Assembly: GCA_026770705.1 (NCBI GenBank)
Contig: JANJGN010000039.1
Span: 6,262,001 to 6,326,000 of the forward strand
Direction of reading: 5' to 3'
Length of the DNA stretch: 64,000 nt
Source: Isurus oxyrinchus
Lineage: Eukaryota
Shown: piece after piece, positions 1-12,095 of the stretch
Layout: the number at the start of each line of letters is the position of its first letter
Numbering within the stretch: position 1 is the first letter of the stretch
The notes under the pieces: model-generated
Told to the model about the DNA's origin: nothing
Databases searched by the model: none
The model's input: the letters and a program-made list of their open reading frames with translations, nothing else
Program-made: the position numbers and the translations under genes

Positions 1-250
1 TCGTTCACCAACATGATGTGCTATGCATCGTTCACGCACAAGACATTGAAGCAGTGAGAATGCCTTCATTTCCTGTTCCTCTCCTCGTTGACAATGGGGG
101 GCCGCAAAAACAACATTGGGAATCCGGCATTCTGACAAAAGCATAGAACGTCTGAACTTTCATCTTCCTGCTGGGAGGGAGAAGGATTATTCCCTTCATC
201 CAGCTAGCCGCCATTCAGCATTTCATGTACTGCTATTGTTACGTGCAACA
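1..250 (-). mobile_element. Harbinger (PIF) DDE transposase remnant
   Basis: Minus-strand fragments AGFPM.., RNRK.., HIMLVN match the Harbinger transposase segment FPxVQGAIDC...RNRKGxHSLNVQxVCD..xIMxVN. It shares ttcaccaacatgatgt with the remnant at ~26783. Confidence 0.55.
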
Positions 251-799
251 CGAGACAGCGATAGTTTAGCATATACAGCTGGAATATTTTATGATGTTCA
301 ATTGAAAACGAGCTTCGGTTTTGTTACACTCGATGTACTTGTACATTGGTTCTTGAAATGAAATGAATTAAATGATGAAAATTGACTAATTGAAGCTGAC
401 TGGATGCTTGATTGTTTTTTTTTTTCAACCATGATGATTGCCTTTTCCAAACGACTCATCATTCAACAGACTAACACAGGAAATCGCATGACAGCACCAA
501 GGGGATGGATCAAGAGGCAGCGTCCGGATGAAAGCAATTATGCAGGTGTAAAAATGGGCATTCAGGAAGCGATAGGAGACTAAGTAATGACATTGTCTAC
601 TGGAGAGAAAGTAGGAAAGCATAGTTAGGGTAGGGAGAGAAAGAAAAAGGGAGTGAGAGAGGCAGGACAACTAAACGTATATCACGTGTGAATTTTGCAC
701 CAAGATGCACTGCTGAACGTTCAATTACGTTAATAACATACATCGATTAAAACCCAAGAGTGCATTCGGCCTAACATGCCTGTAGCGGCCCTGTACAAG

Positions 800-1400
800 A
801 ATAACACTTCTCTGCATCTACCCGGCTTTCTCCCGATAGCCCTGCAATTTTTCTGCTCTTCAAATAATCATCCAACCATATTTTTGAACGTCTCAATTGA
901 ATCTGCTTCCATCACATTATTCGGAGAGCACCCAAGATCCTGACCAATTGCAGCATCATGAAGAACGGAAAATATCACTTTTGTCTCTTACCTTAAATTG
1001 GCTGTCTATAGTTCCCAAAGGATAACAATTCATCCCCTCACTTCTGTACAAACTTATTATTTTCACCGCCTCTTGATCTCCACTTTGACTTCTCTTCTAC
1101 AAGGATGACAATCCCAGATTTTGCATTCCAGATACACAAGAGAAGTTCTTCATCCCTGGATCATTGTCATCGAACTATTAACAACTTCCCTCTTGCCTTC
1201 ACACACTTCCTCCAGAAACGGTGGCCCGAACAGGAATGGATACTCCAGTTCAAGAAGAGCCAAATATTTATCCAGGCCTATCAATGCTCTTTTACTTTGG
1301 ACGCTCCCCAAAGCCTCTGTAACATCTGCAACATGCAGGTCAAGGCTACTTTTTAATCTCTGCAAGAATTTTGACAGGACAAATAACAATGCATTCTTAT
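800..1400 (-). mobile_element. CR1 LINE 3' remnant
   Basis: LELEYPFLFGPP resembles the CR1 ORF2 C-terminal PHLEYCVQFWAP motif, followed by a typical CR1 3' end. Confidence 0.6.
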
Positions 1401-1586
1401 TGATTGAAGCCCATCCACTAGCTATAACAACCGCTCGCTCCATTATCAGGGCACATGGCTTTCTGTGTGTGCTCTCTACAGGATATTCTGCAATGAGTTA
1501 CTAAAAGCTTGACGGTACATTCCAAATGTACAACCTATGGTCCTTTAGAGGATATTGTTTGCAAGGAGCACATGCATTTATTCACG

Positions 1587-1743
1587 NNNNNNNNNNNNNN
1601 NNNNNNNNNNNNNNNNNNNNNNNNNNNNNNNNNNNNNNNNNNNNNNNNNNNNNNNNNNNNNNNNNNNNNNNNNNNNNNNNNNNNNNNNNNNNNNNNNNNN
1701 NNNNNNNNNNNNNNNNNNNNNNNNNNNNNNNNNNNNNNNNNNN
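1587..1743. other. N gap adjoining a CT-rich tract
   Basis: 157 N. Confidence 1.
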
Positions 1744-3460
1744 TCTCGCTCGTTCTCTAATTCGCTTGCTGTATAACTCTCTCGTGCTCTCATTTTCTGT
1801 CACCGTTGCTCGCTGTGCCTCACTCTCTCTCCCTCTCGCTTGCTAATTCTCTTTTTAGTTAATCCGTTCAGTGTTAAGTCTTCTATCTGTCTAGGTATCT
1901 GTGCGTCTATCAGCCTGTACGTCTGCCTGTCTAACGATGTTGATGATTGGTTATCACAACGCTATCACAGATGAGTGTCCAAGCAATAAAAAAGTGTCAG
2001 TGAGGTACCTTGTGTAAGGTTACACCAATTCTATGTTTGCATTACCGATTGCAGAATTTGCATATCAAACTTGAACTGGCGGGTTAATTAAACTTTGTCC
2101 GGGGGCACTTTTATTGAAGGGTTTTTTAAGCCTCTTGTCCTCAAATTTTGAAATCGTTGGTTGATTTCGCTGTGCCCAAGGTTTGCATTAATTTTCACGT
2201 TTATATTTTTAAATGTGTTCTTCACTTGCCGGCTGTTTCTTTATTTGGCGCTCAAGATATTGCACGTTGCTTTGCCAGAGCAATCCACGGACAGATGTGG
2301 GCAGGGTATCTGTTCTCTCTAGAAGCTTGAATGTCACAGACAAGCATCCCACATGTGCCCTGTTTGGACATGGAATGGGCCCAGAATCAGAAAGCATTGG
2401 CGAACACCAGCACTTTCCACATTACTTCCCCTGGCGCTTCAGACCTTTTCATTTAACTATATTTACTTTGATCTAAATTCATAAAAATGTATTTCTCAGC
2501 AGCAAATTCTAGGACAATAATTCACCACCGTGACCATCCTCTATAGTATTCACCTGTTGCTCACGTATATACAACCCCTGGAATTGTCTTGACAGCAGAC
2601 CTAGTTCCTTTTTTTGGCGTTTCAAATTGAAAATCTTTCTCTCATAAGGAGAGCGACTGACATAATCTGTTTGGTGAATCACTGAAACTAATTTATTTCT
2701 TCAGAGAGTATGAATGTGGTAATGTAGATTTATCTGCCATATAAATAGGCGTTTCTCTGAAAGTATCATCTCATGATTTCCAGCAGGCTCAGTATAACTG
2801 CTTCAGCAGCAGTTTCTTAGAATTTGTGATGCTTCATCATTTGCTGACCATTTACAAAACTGTTCCAGAAGCTCTCGTTGCACCATATACGTGGATTGAC
2901 ATAATCTCAGGCAAACGATATCGACTGCTGATTTTCCTTCCAGTCAGGGGATGTTGGAAACATTAGCCCTTTCACAATTGTTCTTCAGAATTTCGTGGTG
3001 AGCTAACATATTCAGCTGCCGCAGTCTGTGTGGTGTAGGTTAGGGCGGATATTCAGCACTTTGACGCAGAGACAGCGAAGTAACAGCGATACATTTCCAA
3101 ATCAGGGCGATGAGTGGTTTGGAGTGTAACTTCCAGCTGGTTGCATTTCCAAATATCTTTTGCTCTATTCTGGCTGGATGGTAGCGCCTGTCGGTTTGGA
3201 ATGTTAACAAAAGGACGTCATGCATGCAAAATGTGGCAGTTTTTCTCTGCTCCCTGTTCCGAATGCTATGGTGCAAGTTCTAACCCGATGTTCTGTGTTC
3301 ACCTAATGTGGTATCTCCTTCCAGCTCTCCAATGATTTTACTGTGTTTCTTTTTCTTTCCGAAATGAATTTAAAGGATACAGAGATTTGTATGTTTCAAC
3401 TGACATGTTCTATTATTTGCTGTGTATCCATCTCAGCGGGAAAGTCTCCTTCTCATAAAG

Positions 3461-3530
3461 ATGGCAAAACTAAGACTTCGCCATATTGAAGACATTTACT
3501 ATTATATTCTCGTGTCTATTGGCGTACCTG
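3461..3530 (+). pseudogene. GPR139-like pseudogene C, exon 1
   Basis: ATG-initiated MAKLRLRHIEDIYYYILVSIGVP followed by G|GTGAG. This is the same phase-1 junction and YY-IL--IGVP motif as gene A exon 1. Confidence 0.7.
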
Positions 3531-4654
3531 GTGAGAGCATAAACAAAATCAATGGATGTATAAATGGATGTTGACTTTGTTCTCAAACGACGTTTCTGAT
3601 AACGTTCAATCGTTTCTTTACTGTTGGAGAGTGATCAAAGCTGAGATGCCAATTTAACCCGAACGTCACCTGATTTCTTATTGTTGCTGCATCTCTCACA
3701 CGGCAGATCCAGTGGTGACATTTTATTTTTTCTATAGGGAATGTTTTGTAACTGGGTGGACTCTGCAATAAATGTCATAACCAAGAGCAAACCGAGCTTG
3801 AGGTTGTCGATACCACAATCTGTGCAAATCAATGCAAGATTCACCTTGAAATAATTGAAAGTGTTGGCTAATGGTTTCCAACGGTTTTGCAATATTGCCA
3901 GCATGGAATCTCTGCCAACTCCCTTACATTTTGAGGCAGCAATATTTTTTACAGCTCAGTATGCAGGGAGGAGAGCTGGGTTGAAAGATAGAGCTGTGCA
4001 TGCTGAGGACAATCGAATATCTTCCTTATCTGTATATATTGAAAGATATTCATTTCTGTAGCATCTTTTGTCGACAACCTTAATGCATTTACATGAAGTG
4101 TAGACACTGTAGTAACGCAGATGTGCGACAGTCAGTTTGTGCTCTGGAAGCTTCCACAAGCAGCACATTGAAAGTGACCCGATCATCTTTGAATGTGAGT
4201 TTTAGCAGAGGTATTTATATCAGCCAGGGCACAAACCGTTAAGAACATGTTGTTGTTTGAAATGGTGGCATGCTTTTTTTAAACTTACGGTTAACCCGTG
4301 AATCCATTTTATATACGTTCTGAAAGTTGTTACTTCAGACAATACATAACTACTTCACTACGGCATTGGAGCATTAACTGAGGATTTTGTTCTCAAGTAC
4401 TGATGCCGGACATAAATCGGTAACATCTATCTCGTCGCGGAGATAGGTACTGAGTCGTAGGTTGTCCAATTTTGAAACACCAATGCAACCTGAGCACATA
4501 TCTCATTCTCATTTTTGTGCACAATTTAACTTCCCACCAACCACTTCCTGCTGCATTAAACCACACTACCAAATATAAGTGATTTACATTGAGAATTGAA
4601 GTGGATCGATATTATAAATTTTCTGACTTTCCTGTTCCTTTGGAAAGCTCACAT

Positions 4655-5170
4655 TGCAAACCATATGCAGGTTCTTACAAAGGAACATAGGAAGCTAAGA
4701 AATGGGAGTAGAAGTTGGCCCTTTGGCCCCTCGAGCTTGATCCACCACTGAAGTATATCATGTCTGAAATCATGTCTCAAGACATTTTCTTGCAATATCT
4801 CATAGGTATGGATGCTTTTAATGTCGACAGATTGGTTCATTTGTGCCTTCAACATACGCAATGCCTAAACCACCACCGCAAATGAAAGGAAATAATTTCG
4901 AACATTCATCACCCACTGAGTGAATAAATTTCTCCTCACCTCAGTCCGAAATATCATATTTTTGTTCTGATATTGTGTCTCCGGCTTTCAGGTACCCCCG
5001 ACATGGGAAGCATCCAACCTGCATCTACACCATTGAACCTGTAAGAAAGGTGTGTGCTTCTGTGAGATCACTCCTTATTTACCAAAGTTCCAAAGAGCAT
5101 GGGCTCAGTCTCGCCAATGTCTCCACATAGGCCAATCCCAGCTAATTCCCAATTATCCAAGGTGTAAGTC
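4655..5170 (-). mobile_element. CR1 LINE 3' remnant
   Basis: Reverse-complemented CR1 tail (catagg..aggagtaga..ggcc.ttggcccctcgagc) and RT C-terminal sequence. Confidence 0.55.
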
Positions 5171-5849
5171 TAGTGAACTTTCCATTTCGCACTCCCTCAC
5201 GTTTTATCCTTACAACCAACCCCGAGCCCTCTCCAAATACAGACCATGACAATTTACTTTTTTCTTATTTTGGAAAGAAGACCGGCAGTGTTTACGATAC
5301 ACCGCTTGCGATGAGGCCTATCAGTCACACTGTTTGCTCTGAAATACTCAATTGCGTCACCAGTGAAATTCCTTCGTAATTTTAGGAAGTACTGGGGCTT
5401 CTCATTCACGGTTGTGCAACTATCATTCACACGCCCTCATAGCCTGAATCAGGTTTTGCCTTCATGAAGAAACAGGTCAGAAAGTAATATTTTCAGTGCG
5501 TTAGTGGGTGAATCAAAATCCATAAAGAAGTTGGAAATCTCCAATTGCTTTCCAATGGCCTTGCAATTCCTCAATCCCCCACAATCAGTCTGTTGGGCAC
5601 CTTGGGTGACATGAAACTTAACCGTAGCTGCCATGCAAAAGTTGGCCTCGAAAAGAAGGTCACGCCTTAGAAAATACACAGAGAGTATCTCCTCTATTAA
5701 GATATAGATTCAGGGCACCATCAACTGTGCCTCTATTAGGAGAATGGTTAACTAACTGAGATGGCCGGGATTATTTCAGTGACAACAGCAATTCAAAAAC
5801 TCAGCACAAGAAGAATGAAGTTGGCTGCTTGATCGGTTTCACGACAATC

Positions 5850-7810
5850 ACCATAAACGTTCCACATGATAATTACCGTGTTGGGGATATGTCAGGCTTG
5901 TGAATACATATTCCGGTTTGTGCACAACGCTGCTGCAGCTGATTGTTCACAGCGCCTCGTGAATGCCCAATTTTGAGTTGTTGAACACGTTGACATTTAC
6001 CTCTTTTAGCAGAATGTTTCTGCCACACAACACGATGGAGGGAATCCCCAAGTGAAGGCGGATTTTGTGTGCTTAGGAACTGTGCAACGGTCAATACTAT
6101 CAATACTGCCATGAGCATATCCACGTGGGTAGGTTATTGGGGCGAGTTCAGTTTTGTTTTTCCATCTTGTTAATTTCCTGACCACATGCAAAAGACCCAG
6201 TCTAGCAGTTTTCTTCATCACGCGGCCAGCTCGGCCATTAGTAGTGCTAGAGATTCTCTCTTCATTATAGCCACTGAAGCCCCCTACGTGGAGTATACTT
6301 TTTATTGCCATCCCAAAATCTTCCTCCATTGATGATCACTCATTCATCATCTGAGGTGATCGATAGGGCTTAATCAGCAGTGGACTTTCCTTGCCCAAGT
6401 TTTACCTGATGCCATGAGATTTCATTGAATTTCCAATTACTTAAACGGCTGTTTCAGATGCGTCACATTGAATATAAACGTTTTGCAACAATGGCATTTA
6501 AGAAAGCAACAAAAAATGAGCGATGCCTCGAAATGGGCTTGAGAATTTAGTTTTTAGATAAGATTATTTAACTGAGAGGTTGGTTTATGATGGAGATGAG
6601 CTTTGAAATCAATAAGAAGTATTAATCTGCAAAAGATAAACTGCTTGAATCGTTAAGGTAGCGGAACTACTGTCAATCAAGCAGGGTGCTTTGTCCTAGA
6701 TTAAGTCAATATTCTTGAATGTTATTGAAACATAACTCATCCAGACAAGTGTAGTAATTTCCAGTCACACTCTTGATTTGCGCCTTGTAGAAGAGAGATG
6801 GACTAAAAAACACGGAGTGTTTGTTGGATAATTATTTACTGTCAATGATCATTGCCTGTCTCTGGTGTAAGGCGAATATAACTTGTCGGTTTTCATCAGA
6901 CTTCTGGGTGCTGCCCAGGTCCTGTAAGTTACACATAGGCAAAGATTTCTTCAGCATCTGTTGAGTCGCAACTTTTGCTTAAGTTTGCGGAAATATGAAT
7001 GGATGCTATGTCCACCCCCGGCTCCCCAAACCCAAACCTTTTCTGAGCACATGATGGAGAGAGATTCAGTGATGAAGTGGATTAAGGTGGTTGCGCCCCG
7101 AACTATGACCTCAGCATCTCCTGAAGTGACATCAAGAGGCTGAGGTGGGTGACTTGCAAAAGTAAAAATCCTTTGTGCTCAGCATGACTCCAATCAGTGG
7201 AGACTCCCCCCAGCTCCTTACATGTATTGAATCAAATTTCACTTGCGATCCCTGCTACCATAAAATGACAAATGTTGCATTGATATGAAGCACAGTCGCT
7301 CTCGCATCACATCATGAGTTCAGCACCAATGTCCATATCTCTTTATCAAATCTGAACGAAGAGCTGGAGCTCAGACGAACAAATAATCAGCGTAAAGGCC
7401 GATATTTTAGCTGTACTATTACAACGTGGCTGGGAAGAATTTTCAGGGACACTGGTCTCCAATCCAATTGGTGAAATCTGACAGGGCCCCTATCCTCTGC
7501 ATCATCCAGCCCCTTCAGTCTTTTCTGTATATCACGCAATGTGAATCACATAGGCTGAAGACTGGCCCCTGCGATGTTGCCATCTTCAGGTGGAGACTGG
7601 AATGTTCTATCTACTCCGCACTTCAACCTCAATGTGGCCGCAAATTATTTAGCCATTTTTTAGCACTGATGTGCTGAGCTCCACAATCATTGCCAATGAG
7701 GATATGGGTGGAGTGTCCTCTGCAAGTGAGTTTTTTGAAATATGCAACAGCATTTAAGATAGCATGTGACAGGAAATCACGGCTGATATTTGCTTATTTG
7801 TTTGTGGGAC
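5850..7810 (-). mobile_element. Decayed CR1/L2-group LINE fragments, same family as 40945-44673
   Basis: Minus strand gives YKAQIKSVTGNYYTCLDELCFNNIQEY, a frameshifted version of YKAQVRSVMEYSPLAWMSAA. Endonuclease-region pieces (cagcctgacata) are shared with the plus-strand copy. Confidence 0.55.
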
Positions 7811-10800
7811 CAATTAACACTTTCTGTTGAGCGCTGCTTCCGCTGTTTTTGGCAAGCAAGTAGACTTGCCTAGCAGCTTCTTCAGGTTGAAACCTTGTTA
7901 TTATCTGGGAATGGTGCCACTCCAGACATATTACATAAGTCGGCAAATATCCTTCTCCAGTATCCTCGATCACTTGACCTCGAACACCTGGAAGGGCAAG
8001 AACATAGGGGCAATATAAATTGCACATTCCTTTCCAAGTCACAAACCAAAATGACTAGGAATAATTCACCATTAATTGAATGACATTGCATCAAAAACCT
8101 GGAACTCATTCTTCGAGCAGTGTGTGTCGATTTGCCTCACTTCAGCTGCAACACTATAAAACCATTCCCTTCAAGAAGAAATAGAGAAAACGGAATAAAG
8201 ACTGATCTTGTCAATATACCGCATGGAATGGAAATGCCGCATCATGCTGAATCTATGAATAATGCGTCCTTCTGCATTGAAATGATTACTCCAGCTGACT
8301 CCTTTGTTCCAAATAGATTAAGACTAATCTCACATGCTTAAGTTATTTTAAGTAGTATCCTGTACCCTGGTCGCGAACTGAGAACATACACCTTTAAGTC
8401 ACTCTTGAATATCCAAGTTCGTACACAAAAGGCTTGGCTGAAAATGTTGCCTACAAAACACCGCGCCTAACATCTTGCAACACCCCCTTCACACCCCCGA
8501 CCCCCAACCCCTACCGACTTTCTATTCACAGCATTGAAAGTGTCCCCATCAGGTCAAGGATTTCACTTCCGATTGGAAGCCAACCCAGTTTTGAATCTCT
8601 CATTGCCTCCTGCCCGTTGCCATGGTCACATTGCTGTTAGACTGATGTCAGATTTAGGCTCGTGGACAAAACCCCATCGCTCTCTGTTTGATCAGTCTAG
8701 GATCATGGGCCAAAGAGTATCATGAGCCAAAGTGCACTGTACCTGGTCTCAGTTTCTTTTCCCAACTGCAAATTATTAAGGTGTCAGGAAGAGATTGTTG
8801 TTGCTTAAAATAATGGATAATTACAAAGCATATACATATTTTAATTTCTCTATTTAATTTAGCAGGAAAGCGACAGGATTTTTTTTCGTTGTCTGTATTC
8901 TGAATTTGATAGATGCAATAATGGATCATTGTTTGCATTGTTCAATATTTCTTTCAGCTGATAATTTACCGATTCATTTTTTGGGTATTTCAACGTTTAA
9001 TTCGGAAATAAAACAGAAAATATGTTGTTAATTTATTGATTTATTTTATAAAATTAGTTTTTACAAACTTCGGCTACATCAACATGTAACTGTGAGAAAT
9101 ATTGTTTTTTAAAGAGTTTCCCTATTGGCAGTGATGGCCAAGACAGTTTGAGTGCTGATAATTTTGTTAAACATCTTTGCATATTTCATGAAAGCGAATT
9201 GATAGTATGGAAATGACAAATTAAATCTCAGTGTAAATGCATGATGTTGTAGGGATGTAAATAGTGGGTTTGCTCAGCTAACACCTGGATAGTAAAAGGG
9301 CAAATGAAGGCCGACTTTCATTTCTGTCGGACTTTGGTTCTTTCTTATGGATTTTGATTTTCTAATGCATGCATCATTTCCAGTACAGCCTAAGGGTCAT
9401 CAGAAAATCCCTACTCAGTTGATGCACATTATGTGACCCTGTAAGGTTGTTATGATTGGTCTGACAGGATTTGCCACAGCCAATCAATATTGGATGCTTG
9501 CAATCGCTATTCAAAATTGTGAATGAGAGTTAGCTTATCAACTCACAAGCTGATCCAGAAATGTAAACCGTTCTTTATCCTTATTCGAATAATTCTTCTT
9601 AATGTTTTCAAAGTTCGTCAAAATCGTTAATCAACAACTTGCCTAAATAATCTGATACAAATTATTGATTCACCATCCAATCAACATACAATGCCACATT
9701 GCATTGTTGTTTTCCTCAGTTCCAGTTTGCAACACCTATGCATCAGAATGCACCATTTTCTACAACCTTAAAAGAACTTCATACTTCAATGAACGCTCGA
9801 TTGTGAAAATGTGAATTTTCAATTTCTAATCTGTTCATCTCGAGCCTTACTGGAGATTTCAGTCGGAAAGCTGTTCTGAACCCTTACCTGATCCATGATA
9901 AACTATTGCAACCAGGACTACACACACAATGGAATTTAAGGATATGCATGTAGTCTAGTGTTATGTAATTAATTTTGAAATGCACAAAATGATTTGATAA
10001 ACGTTTGAATTAAGAAGTTACATTTCTGGCAGCATCAAATTGGTTCCTTCAGATTCACTGAGTAATGCTACCCCTCGAAATGCAAACGGAGGTTATTTAA
10101 GTAAGCAACATGACTTATATGATGCAGACAGGATCATCCAAGCATCAGAACAATTTCGCTTCATTTATACTGATGAGTGAATATAATCATTCTTTAATAT
10201 GAATGCTTTTACTGTAAAGTTCCACATAATAACAAAGCATTGAATGAATTCACTAAAATTTCCTGCTTTTTGAAAGAAAATTAAATATGGATTTACCAAA
10301 CAATTCTAAAATGCACTGATATTCTGTTCCCGACAACTGTACAATAAAATTAGATTAAAAATCATTACTTTAGACATGGATTGTTCTATGTCATCAGGTA
10401 ATCAACAAATCGCAAACTAATTTTTCCAATCATGTCTTAGCTATTTCAAGTACTTTACCAACACAAGTCGATGTGCAACTCATGGTCAATTTCTCTCTGG
10501 GTTTTCTACATTTGGTGTCCAGCAGGAAGCAGTGTTCATTTTTTTTCATTTCTAAACGTTTCACGAGGATGCAGCGTTTGAGATGAAAATGATTCTTTTC
10601 TGCCCTTTCACAAACAAAGTGTTTTGTACTTCACCCGGTCAAAGAAGGGACCTCACTCCTGTGCCCTGAGTTGGAAAACTCCGAGTTAAATCGCAGTCGA
10701 ATAATATTTCTGAATTGCTCATTCACCAAGTTTTGGTTATCGATCTAATTCCCATTTCCCCTGCATTTTACCATATCTACTAAATGTGCTTTAACACTGG

Positions 10801-11869
10801 CCTGCCGGGAAAGAAACGTGGCCATGCGCAAAACTGACCCTGCCCTGAAACTGCCAATAAATATTTCCCGACCAATATAATTAGTCTGCCTGACAATATC
10901 ACTTTTTTTTCCCATTTGGACATTAAACTGCCCCTTGATCAGCACTGACTAAACCAGACTTCCCACCCTGCATAGTAAATGTTGCTTCAGTCCTTCTGCA
11001 ATGATTCAGCGAAAGATACATTCTGAACTTTTCCTCGACAATGCTCAGCCTGCCTATCAATGTTAAATTACTTAACATGCCTTAAAACAACTGACTGGTC
11101 TGTCATGAACCCCTACTTCACACCGCCAGTCTCCATAAACATTCTTCCTTCCTTGCATTGTAGTTGAACGCCAGCATGAGGGCACCTGAGTAAACATTCA
11201 TTCAGCCTCATCTATGTGGGACTTTTTTGTAGTCCAGTGACCATTATAACATTTCCTGTTTATTGCAATTCCACCTATACCATCCCAAGTGCCCAGATTT
11301 GCCCAGGGCTACGTTTTTTCTTCAAGCTGTCTCTCCTGTTGCACAATGAAACTTCCCACCACTTACTAAATCTATTAAATGCCCGGCACAATTTCCACCA
11401 CTACATCTTCCAGAGCATAACTCTACTATGCTAAATCTTTATTTTGTGCCCGCATTTCACAGTCCACATTGCACCTTCACACGTGAATTCGCTCTTCCCA
11501 CCTCCTTTTTCTCATTTAAAATTTAACGTGCCAAGGCTTTTTTGGACCTTCAGTCAGTCCAGTACACATTCTCCCTCAATGCGTTCAATTTTCATTGCAC
11601 AATAGCTGTCCAGAATTCATTGAGTGTGCTGCTCCCTAAGGATGAATAATCAATTAACGCTTCACCATCCTGGGCACTTTTATTAGGTTCAATGCATATA
11701 TAAAACACATTGCTATTGGAAATCATGCTAAACATGCTTGCATCAAACACTTTAAAAGATGCACGAAGAAACTAAATTTGCACTGAATACCGTTTGCTGC
11801 AAAGAAAAGAAAAATATGTTCACCTTTGTTGTTTATCTCATGTGATGTCTCTCTCTCTCTCTCCTATAG

Positions 11870-12095
11870 TGAATGGCGTTACAATTGTGATTCTTTTGCG
11901 AGGAAAGCATGGCCTCTGCAAATGCATTACATACTTTATGCTGGCAATGGCAGCGGCTGGTCTCCTTGTTGATTGTGCTGTTATCATACTGACCGTTTAA
12001 TTCTGGTCATTGAGGCCTGTGTGCCAGCTAGCTGCGACAATGCTTTGTGAGTCACATCAGACTCTTTCTGGTTAACATTGATATCTACCTTAATC
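11870..12095 (+). pseudogene. GPR139-like pseudogene C, truncated exon 2
   Basis: (CT)n-cctatAG acceptor, then (V)NGVTIVILLRGKHGLCKCITYFMLAMAAAGLLV with stop TAA at 11998-12000. Degraded PVC.. and TSDSFWLTLISTL follow (equivalent to ATDCSVWFTVTFTL). Homology ends at a Gypsy element. Confidence 0.75.
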